Made by a program: the position numbers and the translations under genes. From the NCBI RefSeq assembly GCF_001194135.2, contig NC_069005.1, positions 9,030,620-9,082,543 of the forward strand: DNA of 51,924 bases, read 5' to 3'. Below are positions 1 through 11,350 of this stretch, piece after piece (the first letter of the stretch is position 1; every line of letters starts with the position of its first letter). This stretch comes from Octopus bimaculoides (lineage: Eukaryota). The notes beneath the pieces are model-generated. The model searched no databases and was not told the origin of the DNA. It saw only the letters and a program-made list of their open reading frames with translations.

Positions 1-73
1 GACAGGTTGATTTACCAACACAGGAACATGTACCATACATCAAAATGAAGCTGGTCCTCTGTGGATGACATCC

Positions 74-265
74 CTACTCCTCAACATAGTCACCGTTTCT
101 CTCAATAGCAATGTTCCACCTTCGAATGAGAGCATGTATCCCTGCCCCGTAAAATTCTGTTAACTGTTCTTTGAGCCACTTCTTCACCACAGTTTTCACT
201 TCGTCGTCACTGGAATAATGTTTGCCTCTCAAACCCTCTTTCATGGCACCGAAGAGATGATAGTC
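74..265 (-). pseudogene. Mariner (Tc1/mariner) transposase C-terminal fragment, left arm of a fold-back
   Basis: Manual minus-strand translation of 265->74 gives DYHLFGAMKEGLRGKHYSSDDEVKTVVKKWLKEQLTEFYGAGIHALIRRWNIAIERNGDYVEE*. This is the typical mariner C-terminus following the YSPDLAP(S)D motif. The rest of the ORF is absent. Confidence 0.92.
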
Positions 266-280
266 CAGTGACGATGATAG

Positions 281-760
281 CCCAGTGACGAGGAAGTGGA
301 AACTGTAGTGAAGAAGTGGCTCAAAGATTTTAAAGGCGGCGAGCTGGCAGAATCGTTAGCACGCCGGGCGAAATGCTTAGCGGTATTTTGTCTGCCGTTA
401 CGTTCTGAGTTCAAATTCCGCCGAGGTCAACTTTGCCTTTCATCCTTTCAGGGTCGATAAATTAAGTACCAGTTACGCACTGGGGTCGATGTGATCGACT
501 TAATCCATTTGTCCGTCCTTGTTTGTTCCCTCTATGTTTAGCCCCTTGTGGGCAATAAAGAAATAAGAATTTTACGGGGCAGGGATACATGCTCTCATTC
601 TAAGGTGGGACATTGCTATTGAGAGAAACGGTGACTATGTTGAGAAGCAGGGACGTGATCCACAGAGGACCAGCTTCATTTTGATGTATGATACATGTTC
701 CTGTGTTGGTAATTATACCTGTCCTAAACAAAATGGCATTACTTTTTGATTCACCTTCGT
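281..760 (+). mobile_element. Mariner 3' end (right arm of the fold-back) with terminal inverted repeat, interrupted by a SINE
   Basis: 281-325 and 570-723 are the reverse complement of 1-212 at roughly 90% identity by eye. The arm ends in GGCATTACTTTTTGATTCACCTTCGT (735-760), whose reverse complement ACGAAGGTGAATCAAAAAGTAATGCC resembles a mariner TIR. A (TA)n tract follows. Confidence 0.88.
333..569 (+). mobile_element. tRNA-derived SINE, family A, full length
   Basis: A box TGGCAGAATCGTTAG and B box GAGTTCAAATTCC, then central domain TTTGCCTTTCATCCTTTCAGGGTCGATAAATTAAGTACCAG (Meta/Nin-like) and an A-rich tail. Imperfect TSD AAGATTTTA / AAGAATTTA. Many other copies occur in the window. Confidence 0.92.
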
Positions 761-763
761 TTG

Positions 764-794
<31 letters not shown>

Positions 795-1060
795 ATTTAA
801 AATTTAGGGTTAAGCAAGTAATTACTTCACCACACACCGAAAATTAGAAATAGCAGCTAAAAACTACTATTTCTCTACTAAAATACAACTCCCAAAAAGC
901 AATACTCGCAAACTACAAAGGTAAAAAAGGAAAAAATAACGAATCTACCCAACCTTTATTATTTTATTAGCATTCTCGGATTTATAACTGTGAAAAATTG
1001 TGCTGATGAAGGATATATGACTGGGTAAATATATTTTACACCTCATTAATCTAGAAATGC

Positions 1061-1140
1061 CCAAGGTGTCACACAGTGAGACTGAACCTGGAACCATGTG
1101 GTTGGGAAGCAAGCTTCTTACTGCACAGGCACACCTGTGC
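1061..1140 (-). mobile_element. SINE family B head fragment (tRNA head plus CORE-like segment)
   Basis: Reverse complement matches the family B head GGTGTGCCTGTG..GTAAGAAGCTTGCTTCCCAACCACATGGTTCCAGGTTCAGT..CACCTTGGGCA. Confidence 0.8.
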
Positions 1141-1935
1141 CTAATGTTCATATTTTAGCTTTTCTTACTATCTTTTAAACTGGAATGAAATGTGTTTCTA
1201 TTCATTCTGAAAAATAATTAAAATTCTGAAACCAATTTAGTAAAATAATTAAACTTTTCATAATTAATCTGACGACTGGAACCTAACTAAACAGAAAGTC
1301 AGAAAGGTGTCTCACAAAGAAATTATTGAGCTAAGTCTTAAATTAACTAAACTAAAAACAATTCAAAAAGGAAGGTTTGCGTCACACATCTCAGAAGCAG
1401 TCTTGAGTTGATTTGTTACCAAGTGGGTTTTTGGCTTGTTGTGGGTGTGAATATTTCGTATGTTATATACATTCCCTGGATATATATTAAACATACATAG
1501 TAAGTTATAGCAAACTCTAATGCATAATTGCTAACAATGTCCTTCTTGATTTTTAATTCATTAATTCTCTGTACGCAGAAAAACACGAAAATAGCCACAA
1601 GCAAATAATTACACATTTGCGTAAGCTCAGTAGTATTAACGAACTAATTAACTATAAATCATGCCTTACTCAACCATAGTAACTCCTCCTAATTAACTTC
1701 TAATACTCTATTCTTTTATTCTTTTACCGATTTCCGTCATGTGATAAGGAGGGAACTATCTACAAGATTATATTTCGTTCACTGATTCCCAAACTTTTCC
1801 CAACCTAGTCTCCTTTGTATTTCAATGAATTTTCCCATCGGGCCTCGTGCATTTGAATGGTCTCTCTACTCAATAAGTCAATTTGAGTAATTAAACAGTC
1901 AACTCATTTTCTTAGTTTCGTTTCTTAATTCAACT

Positions 1936-2195
1936 CTGTAGTTCTCAATCGAGAGTCCATGTGGCCCTTAGGGGGTCCATAATAAGATTTTGTTGTTACA
2001 ATTTATCTGTAATAAATTGGGTACACTTCAGCAATACACAAGACATTTCAACAATTATTAAATTTATACAGTTCCTAACAATATCTAATTATAAGAAGAT
2101 AATAGGACTTTTTAACTGTTGAATGGCTATGAGGATCCATCCAGGTAAAGCAGGGATTAAAAGGATCCATAGGTGCAAATGGTTGAGAATCACAG
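1936..2195. mobile_element. hAT (Charlie-like) non-autonomous MITE, 260 bp
   Basis: TIRs CTGTAGTTCTCAATC (1936-1950) and GGTTGAGAATCACAG (2181-2195). 8-bp TSD ATTCAACT (1928-1935) / ATTTAACT (2196-2203), 7 of 8 identical; 8-bp TSDs are characteristic of hAT. A partial second copy lies near 25620-25720. Confidence 0.85.
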
Positions 2196-2231
2196 ATTTA
2201 ACTGAATACATAATTAAATACATATAGATAC

Positions 2232-2571
2232 AGGTGTGGCTGTGTGGTTAAGAAGCTTGCTTTGCAGCCATGGAGTTTTGGGTTTAATTCCTCTACACAA
2301 TCATCTTCTACTATAGCAGTAGGTTGATGAAGGCCTTATGAGTGGATTTGGCAGATGGAAATGGAAAGAAGCCCATCACACACTGCACCCCTACCTCCCC
2401 CACATTCTTTTATTGGTTTCAGGCATTTGAAATCGACCCCAGGACTTATTCTTTGTAAGCCTAGTACTTATTCTATCGGTTTCTTTTGCCGAACTGCTAG
2501 GTTACGGGGACGTAAACACACCAGCATCAGTTATCAAGCAATGGTGGGGGACAAACACAGACACACAAACA

Positions 2572-2572
<1 letters not shown>
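2232..2572. mobile_element. Two SINE family B fragments: degenerate head (+, 2232-2375) and 3' half (-, 2405-2572)
   Basis: Similarity to the fuller copies at 7192-8033 and 25727-26233. Confidence 0.75.
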
Positions 2573-2626
<54 letters not shown>

Positions 2627-2783
2627 ATAATGATAATAATATTAGGGATAAAAATCCAAATTTACAGGTAAAAACTCAATTAAATTCAATTTATAAAAAA
2701 TTAAAATTATATTAAGTTTCACAGTATAAAATATATAAATATATAGTTTTAGAGAAAAGAACCAAAACTAAAACTATATATTT

Positions 2784-2991
2784 CATCATCATTTAACGTC
2801 TGCTTTCCATGTTAGCATGGGTTGGACGATTTGATGAGGGCTAGCAAGCCAGAAGGCTGCACCAGGCTCCAATCTGATCTGGCAAAGTTTCTACAGCTGG
2901 ATGCCCTTCCTAACGCCAACCACTCCGAGAGTGTAGTGGGTGCTTTTACGTGCCACCGGTACGAAGGCCAGTCAGGTGGTACTGGCAAAGG
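2784..2991 (-). mobile_element. SINE family C 3' part ((GAT)n-tailed)
   Basis: Reverse complement of the shared tail GGCGTTAGGAAGGGCATCCAGCTGTAGAAAC...CCATGCTAGCATGGAAAGCGGACGTTAAACGATGATGATG. Confidence 0.85.
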
Positions 2992-3248
2992 TATGCACCC
3001 ACCCCAGGTAGAAAAGGTACGAAAATAGTGGAGTAAATCATTTCTAATCTGTTGGTTGGTCTACACTTTTGAATGTCATTGTATGCTAGACTGGCTCAGT
3101 GTTTAACAAGCTCGCTATGTGACCTAGTGGTTTTGAGTTTGGTCCCACTGCATGACACCTTGGGTAAATATCTTCTGCAGTGGTCCTCAGCCAACCAATG
3201 TCTTATGAGTGAATTTAGTAGATGAAAACTGAGTGGAAATCCATTATG

Positions 3249-3455
3249 AAGGCGGCGAGCTGGCAGAAATGTTAGCACGCCGGGTGAAATGTTTAGCAGT
3301 ATTTCATCTGTCTTTACGTTCTGAGTTCAAATTCTGCCGAGGTCGACTTGGCTTTTTGTCGTTTCAAGGTCGATAAATTAAGTACCAGTTGCAATCTAAT
3401 TGACTGGCTCCCTCGCTCCAAATATTGGGCTTTGTGCCTAGAGTAGAAAAGATTA
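3249..3455 (+). mobile_element. SINE family A
   Basis: Same head and central domain as 333-569. Confidence 0.88.
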
Positions 3456-3728
3456 TATATATGTATCTATGTATATAGGTATGTATGTATGTATGTATGT
3501 ATGTATGTATGTAGGTATACATGTATGTATGAATGTTTGTCCCCTCTCCTACTGTTTGACAATTGGAGTTAGTTTGTTTATATCTTCCATAACTGAGTGG
3601 TTTGGCAAAAAAGACTGATAGAAAAAGTTAGAAATTAAAAAAAAATAAGTACTGGGGTTGATTTCTTTTTTTTTTACTAAAATAATAATAATAATATTAA
3701 TAATAATCATAATAATAATAATGATAGT

Positions 3729-3867
3729 AATCCTTTGTACTATGGGCACAAGAGCTTAGATTTGGGGGTGGGAGAGAGTCGATCACATCAACCACAGTAC
3801 TTGACTGGTACTTAATGCATTGACCCCGAAAGGATGAAGGGCAAAATTGACCTTCGCGACTTTGCCT
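3729..3867 (-). mobile_element. SINE family A, 5'-truncated
   Basis: Reverse complement of the central domain (TGGTACTTAAT..TTGACCCCGAAAGGATGAAGGGCAAA on the + strand). Confidence 0.75.
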
Positions 3868-4795
3868 CTCATCATCCTTTCAGTGCCGATAGTAATAATA
3901 ATAATGGTAAGGATGTTCTTTAATAATTGTTCTGATAATAACTATGATGATGATGATGATGATAGCGTGGTGGTTGTGTTGATGGTGGTGGTGATTATGA
4001 AGTGAAAGTGGATAACGAGAGAATAGAATCAGAACAAGAAAGCTTAGACTCACAAACACACACACGCACAATCTCACCCCTNNNNNNNNNNNNNNNNNNN
4101 NNNNNNNNNNNNNNNNNNNNNNNNNNNNNNNNNNNNNNCCCCTCCCACCTCTCTCACACGCACACACACACACACACATACACAAACACACAGACACAAA
4201 TACAAAATTGCTACTTTCCGAAAATAGCCAAGAGAAACTGAATTAATTTGGATGTTGTTATCTTAAATTACAAGAACTCCGCGATATTAATTGCAACAGA
4301 GCTCAAAAATGAGAGGAAAATATTCATTGCGGGGGATGTGTATGTGATTGTTTGCATGTGTGTGTGTGTGTGTAATCAGTGGCTATGTACACGTGTCCAT
4401 GCATATGTGCATATGTGTGTGTGGATGTGTATGTGTAATCAGTGGTAATGTATGTGTGTGTATGTATGTATATATGTGTGTGTATATATTTGTGGTTGTA
4501 TGTGTGTGATATATAAACGTGTGTACATTTATGTTTGTATGTGTGAGATGGTACAAGTGTGAGCAGATGTATGTGTGTGTGTGTATATGTATGTGTGTGT
4601 GTGTATGAGATGGTACACGTGTGAGCAGATGTATGTATGTGTGTGTATATGTGTGTGTGTGTGTATTGGTATATATACGTGTGTATTATGAGCACGTCTG
4701 AAGGAGGATCAAAAACGAGCTAACGACCCGTCAAACAAAGAAATATTTTTGCATTAATAATGGGAAAGTTTAAATTTGGAATTGCAAGAATCAAC

Positions 4796-4838
<43 letters not shown>

Positions 4839-5214
4839 AAAGACCAGAAACAGAACAGAAAAAAAAAATAATAAATTCAGTTGCAGCAGCAGCAGCAGCA
4901 GCAACAACAACAGCAGTCATCTTTATTATTACAAAGGGGTGAGTTGTAACGAAATAAACAATAAAACACAAAGAGACAAATTTAAAAATTAAAAAAACAA
5001 CAATGACATCAACAACAATAAAACATAATTTTTCAGGTACCCCGTTTATAAAAAAAAATATATATATATATAAATATGAAAAATAAAGAAAAAAAAAGAT
5101 TATAAAAGCATTGTGTGTGTGTGTGTGTGTGTGTATGTGTGTGTGTGTCTGTGTATCTGTGTATGTGTGTGTAACCCTTAATGCTTATTCTTTATGAAAT
5201 ATATAAAATAAATG

Positions 5215-5253
<39 letters not shown>

Positions 5254-5478
5254 TAATAATAAGGATGATAAAAGGAATATAATAACAACAACAACAAGAG
5301 GAGTCTTGAATGTTTATTCCCTCTTGAAAATATTAAAAATATTACAAAAATGAATTAATAAATAACCGGAAAATATTTAAAGAATAATTATTGAGATTTT
5401 ATCATTAATAAACTATAATATAAATTATATATATATGAATGTGTGTGTGAGTGTATATATTTACATACATATATATAT

Positions 5479-5527
<49 letters not shown>

Positions 5528-5797
5528 ATATATANNNNNNNNNNNNNNNNNNNNNNNNNNNNNNNNNNNNNNNNNNNNNNNNNNNNNNNNNNNNNNNNNN
5601 NNNNNNNNNNNNNNNNNNNNNNNNNNNNNNNNNNNNNNNNNNNNNNNNNNNNNNNNNNNNNNNNNNNNNNNNNNNNNNNNNNNNNNNNNNNTACACACAC
5701 ACTTACATACGCACATACTTTTATAGTACTCATCCAGTCTGTGGTCATGCTGGGGCACCATATTTAGTGTGATCAGTCTTCCCTGTTTTCTCTTCAA

Positions 5798-5840
<43 letters not shown>

Positions 5841-6104
5841 TTGTGTGTCTAAAAAGATAAAATGCAACCATGCAGTCTAAATGCTGGAGCTACCCATTTC
5901 AAGAGATAACTTGAAAGAAAACACATTGCTGCTTGATCTGCTCAAAACAGTAACTAAGCCCCCCCCCTCCCTCAAATCACATCTTAATATCTTATTAACA
6001 AACAGGTTACAAAACATAATGAGCCTGGAAAGTCATGACTGGAAAGCCTTTGATTAGAAGTCTGCATTGACTTGTTACCAAACCCTAAAAATGATATCTC
6101 TTAC

Positions 6105-6290
6105 TTGTGTCACTCATTAGACTGTGGCCATGCTGGTGCACCACCTTGAAGGGCTTAGTTGAGTGAAATGAACCCAGTAACTATTTCCAAAGTCTAGGAC
6201 TTATTCGATCAGTTTCCTTTATCAAATTTCTAAGCTACAGGGACATAAACAAGCCAACTTTGGTTGTCGAACTGTGGTTGAAGACACACG
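6105..6290 (-). mobile_element. SINE family B 3' half
   Basis: GACTGTGGCCATGCTGGTGCACC...GACTTATTC...AAGCCAAC..TGGTTGTC matches the other B copies. Confidence 0.75.
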
Positions 6291-6457
6291 CACGCATGCA
6301 CGCACACACACGAGGGTGTGGTGAAATATTCCCGGCTTTAATGATATTGCGAAATGTGTGGTTGAAGGCCCAACCTCCTGAGTTCTTTTCCTAGGGCTTA
6401 GAAAAACTGAAGGACCATTACAATGAGTGTGTGAATCTGAGAGGGGAAATATGTTGA

Positions 6458-6683
6458 GGCCGTTGCCAGTACCTCCTGACTGGCCTTCGTGCTGGTGGCA
6501 TGTAAAAGCACCCACTACATTCTTAGAGTGGTTGACGTTAGGAAGGGCATCCAGCTGTAGAAACTCTGCCAAATCAGATTGGAGCCTAGTGTAGCCATCT
6601 GGTTCACCAGTCCTCAGTCAAATCGTCCAACCCATGCTAGCATGGAAAGCGGATGTTAAACGATGATGATGATGATGATGATG
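6458..6683 (+). mobile_element. SINE family C 3' part
   Basis: Nearly identical to 32011-32234 and ends in (GAT)n. Confidence 0.9.
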
Positions 6684-7191
6684 AACTAACTGATCCCCTT
6701 GTATATTCTTTTACCCAAAGCTAGGAACTTTTCAGTAGGACACCAGAAATGGCTGGTGGATTATATGTTATGATGTAATCTAGTAATACATCCACAAAAT
6801 TCTACTGAAACAGCTGTCAGATTTTAACCTACATATATGTTCTCATTGTAAAGGATATACCACCATGTATGATATCCAGACTACAGAGGAGAAGGCAAGA
6901 CAATGGATTTGGTTAAAAAGTGACAATGAGAAATGGCTAGAAGAACATTGAGTGAAGCATAATAACCAGTTAATCTAGCTGCGGGGCCTCATCCCAGTGA
7001 GGGGGACCAATGTGCAATGATGCCATCGAAAGGAATGCCTCGAAATGGTGTGCATTCTTTTCTGATGACCCCATAAACTTGGCAGCATCCAATATTTGGA
7101 GCTTTCAATTGGTAGGACTTGCATCTGTAAGTTATTTGCCAAAGATCAAATATAAACTCACACTAGGGCCTTCCACGCAGTTTCCATTTAC

Positions 7192-7401
7192 TTTTTACTC
7201 TTTTACTTGTTTCAGTCATTTGACTGTGGCCATGCTGGGGCACCGGCTTTAGTCGAGCAAATCGACCTCAGGACTTATTCTTTGTAAGCCTAGTACTTAT
7301 TCTATCGGTCTCTATTGCCGAATCGCTAAGTTACGGGGATGTTAACACACCAGCATCGGTTGCCAAGCGATGATGGGGGAAAAACACAGACACACAAACA
7401 T

Positions 7402-7439
<38 letters not shown>

Positions 7440-8033
7440 ATATATACGATGGGTTTCTTTCAGTTTCTGTCTACCAAATCCACTCACAAGGCTTTGGTCG
7501 GCCCGAGGCTATAGTAGAAGACACTTGCNNNNNNNNNNNNNNNNNNNNNNNNNNNNNNNNNNNNNNNNNNNNNNNNNNNNNNNNNNNNNNNNNNNNNNNN
7601 NNNNNNNNNNNNNNNNNNNNNNNNNNNNNNNNNNNNNNNNNNNNNNNNNNNNNNNNNNNNNNNNNNNNNNNNNNNNNNNNNNNNNNNNNNNNNNNNNNNN
7701 NNNNNNNNNNNNNNNNNNNNNNNNNNNNNNNNNNNNNNNNNNNNNNNNNNNNNNNNNNNNNNNNNNNNNNNNNNNNNNNNNNNNNNNNNNNNNNNNNNNN
7801 NNNNNNNNNNNNNNNNNNNNNNNNNNNNNNNNNNNNNNNNNNNNNNNNNNNNNNNNNNNNNNNNNNNNNNNNNNNNNNNNNNNNNNNNNNNNNNNNNNNN
7901 NNNNNNNNNNNNNNNNNNNNNNNNNNNNNNNNNNNNNNNNNNNNNNNNNNNNNNNAGATGTCTCGCAGTGGGACTGAACCTGGAACCATGTGGTTTGTAA
8001 GCAAGCTACTTACCACACAGCCACTCCTATGCC
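7192..8033 (-). mobile_element. SINE family B (CORE-like, internal microsatellite), near full length, spanning an N-gap
   Basis: tRNA-like head at about 7960-8033, internal (TA/CA)n and tail GACTGAAACAAGTAAAAGAGTAAAAAG on the minus strand. Resembles the published octopus OR/OK SINE families; exact assignment was not checked. Confidence 0.9.
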
Positions 8034-10169
8034 TAAATTTACTTGCAAAGTATTAATCAACTCAGGGATTTAGTAGAAGAACTTGCCCAAGGTGGCAATG
8101 TCACAGGACTGAACTGCAAATCACGTAGTCCATTTAGTTATGAAGTCAATTTCCTAAGTACATAGTCGTGGCTGTGCTTATGAAAATTATCATTTTGTTT
8201 TTCTATTTCTTTCATATATTCTGTTTAGCAACATATAAAATATGACTCCAACAAAAAAAAAAAAAATGTTGTGAAAAAAAAAAAGCCCGTCGTATATATG
8301 TATATATATATATGTGTGTGTGAGTATGTTGTGTGTCTGATACTCATGCACGCACGCACGCACACACAATATGCATATGCACACACCAAACATATGCATA
8401 TACATCAAACACAGATACACACGCATACATTGACACAGAATCGTAGTCCTACGGCCAGTTGAATGACAGGCTGGTCACAGCTGGATTGCCTGATCATGAA
8501 TGACCTAGGGCTAAACAACACACAATGAAAATACTTTTAAAATTATTATTAAAATTTCTTTTTTACTGTATTTTATTTCTTTGATAAAATAAATACGAAA
8601 TATGAATACAAAAATGAAAAAAAAGAAAAAGACGATAAAGAGACCCCCGCAAACAATTAAACGAGACTAACAAAGTCTTGCAGGGAAGATAATCTCTTCA
8701 TTAAAATAAAATAAATAAATAGATTTTTGCCCTTCGTCTTTAATATAAAAGAATGCCCCCTAAGGTTTCTTAATAATAATAATAATAATAATAATATTAA
8801 TAATAATAATAATAATAATATGTGTATATATANNNNNNNNNNNNNNNNNNNNNNNNNNNNNNNNNNNNNNNNNNNNNNNNNNNNNNNNNNNNNNNNNNNN
8901 NNNNNNNNNNNNNNNNNNNNNNNNNNNNNNNNNNNNNNNNNNNNNNNNNNNNNNNNNNNNNNNNNNNNNNNNNNNNNNNNNNNNNNNNNNNNNNNNNNNN
9001 NNNNNNNNNNNNNNNNNNNNNNNNNNNNNNNNNNNNNNNNNNNNNNNNNNNNNNNNNNNNNNNNNNNNNNNNNNNNNNNNNNNNNNNNNNNNNNNNNNNN
9101 NNNNNNNNNNNNNNNNNNNNNNNNNNNNNNNNNNNNNNNNNNNNNNNNNNNNNNNNNNNNNNNNNNNNNNNNNNNNNNNNNNNNNNNNNNNNNNNNNNNN
9201 NNNNNNNNNNNNNNNNNNNNNNNNNNNNNNNNNNNNNNNNNNNNNNNNNNNNNNNNNNNNNNNNNNNNNNNNNNNNNNNNNNNNNNNNNNNNNNNNNNNN
9301 NNNNNNNNNNNNNNNNNNNNNNNNNNNNNNNNNNAAAAAAAAAAAAAATGGAGAAGAAAGATAAATTAAAAAATAAAACAAAAATTGTAAATTGTGTTTC
9401 TTAAAAAAAAAAATTAAATCTTCGATTTTAACTCACTCCTCCCCATCGACCATACTACCCCACCAAAAAATATAATATATAAAAATAGATATTATTTATT
9501 TGTTTGTTTCTTCATCTATTGTTTATATTTATTCTTTTAAATTTGAGTTGGTATTTTTAAAAATTAAAGTACTTATTATTTTTTGTATATTATTTTTGTT
9601 ATAGATTTTTTTTTTTGCAAATCTTTAGAATTAATTTCTTTTTTGTAAATTAATTAATTTTCTTTAAATTTAATTTTATTATTGCTGTTTTGCTGCCCTC
9701 AGCAAATTTTTGGCTAAATATAAAGCCTTAGTATGTGGGTGTCTGATACTCATACACCTGTCCACCCCTCCCAACATCGCCACCACCACACCTCCGGTTC
9801 CTATGGTTGCATGTTGCATGTCTTTTCGTTTTTTTTGTTTTTTTTTATTTCTAAAACAATTTTGAAAACAAAGAAGTTTAACAAACCAACTCAAGACACC
9901 AGATATGATATCTTATAACGAGACATAATCAACCATCACCATCGTTATCTGGTATCGATGACTCGTCCCTCTCATTCGAATGCCAGCAGCCGTATCAAAA
10001 AAACATTTCTGTGGTGCCAAACAATGGTGGTGGCTTTGGTCATTGTGGTTGAGAACATGGACGTAGCTGGGTGAACAGAGTTGCTTTTAGGTATGTTGTG
10101 TTCTGATTGGAAAGCGATTTGAAGAACATGACACGGAAGCTGTTCGATTAGCTGTCAGCTCTCCCATAA

Positions 10170-10479
10170 TATCCCACCCCTTCTCTCTCTCCTACACACA
10201 TACACACACACACACACACTCTCTCTCTCTCTCTGTCTCTCCCTTTCTCTCCCTTTCTCTCTGTCTCTCCCTTTCTCTCTGTCTCTCCCTTTCTCTCTGT
10301 CTCTCTCTCTCTGTCTCTCCCTTTCTCTCTCACATACATTCTCTGTCTTTCGTAATACCTCTGCTGATAGCTCTCAGTTTTCCCTTAATCTCTCTCACAC
10401 ATTCTCTCTCTCTCTCATTCTCTTTCTCTCTCTCTCACATCCTCTCTCTTTCTCTCACATCCTCACTTTCTCTCACATC

Positions 10480-10512
<33 letters not shown>

Positions 10513-10990
10513 ACATTTCTCTCTCTTACATTTTCTCTTCCTCACTTACATTTTCTCTCTCTCTTTCATTTTCTCTCTCTCTTTCTCTCTTACATTTTCT
10601 CTCTTTCTCTCTCACATTTCTCTCTCTCTCTCACTTACATTTTCTCTCTCCACACACACACACACACTTATTCTCATTCTCTCATTCTTTCACATCCTCT
10701 CCCTTTCATTCTCTCTCTCACATTTCTCTCTCTCTCTTACATTTTCTCTCTCCACACACACACATACACACACTTATCCTCATTCTCTCTGCCTTTCACA
10801 TTCTCTTTTGCTATATATCTCTACTATCAGCCCTCACCTCTCTCTCATTCTCATTCTCTCATTTGTTATACTTCTTTCGGTCCACTCTCTCTCTCTCCTT
10901 CTCTCACTCATTCTCTCTCTCCCTCTCTGCCATATCCTTTCTCTCAGTCGTATCCTCTCTCTCTCCCTCCCATTCTCTCTTTCCTTCTCA
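10170..10990. repeat. Long (CT)-rich polypyrimidine micro/minisatellite
   Basis: Units such as CTCTCTGTCTCTCCCTTT and CTCTCACATTTCTCT are repeated imperfectly. Confidence 0.95.
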
Positions 10991-11102
10991 TTATGCTTCT
11001 GCTATATTGGGATTGTCGGTGGGAACACCATTGTGTGGCAATGCAACAACACATATTCTTTATGCGTTTACACACAACCATCTATTTCCTCTAAAAGCAT
11101 TC

Positions 11103-11160
11103 ACATGAGAAAAAATACCAACAGAGAGGTTCCCCTCTCTGTTGGTATTTTTTCTCATGT
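11103..11160. repeat. Perfect inverted repeat with 27-bp arms and a 4-nt loop
   Basis: ACATGAGAAAAAATACCAACAGAGAGG (11103-11129), loop TTCC, then CCTCTCTGTTGGTATTTTTTCTCATGT (11134-11160), an exact reverse complement. Confidence 0.97.
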
Positions 11161-11194
11161 AATGCAATATCTGCTATTTTTTCTTTATGTAATG

Positions 11195-11350
11195 CAATAT
11201 CTGCTAGAAATAGCAGCAAAAACATTTGTCCTCAATTCCCAGCATCCCATTTAAGAAAAGGACACTTAGATAATGTAACCCTGAATTCCCTGCACATAAA
11301 AAAAGGCAGGATCGTCATATTTGGATTGCTTTTGCTCATAGGGCTGCTTG
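11195..11350 (+). mobile_element. Degenerate interspersed repeat family E (CTGCTAGAAATAGCAGC... type)
   Basis: Related segments lie at about 5925-6085, 8455-8520, 11560-11720 (-), 21530-21750 (-) and 28530-28600. Probably a SINE or LINE 3' part ending in GGGCTAAAC(AAC)n. Confidence 0.6.

Noticed and set aside
998-1022. CTGATGA at about 1003 as a possible hammerhead core
   Set aside because: No downstream GAAA or stems; it runs into a SINE fragment.
4690-4702. GAGCACGTCTGAA resembles part of an Illumina adapter
   Set aside because: It lacks two bases of the adapter and the flanks do not match; likely coincidence.
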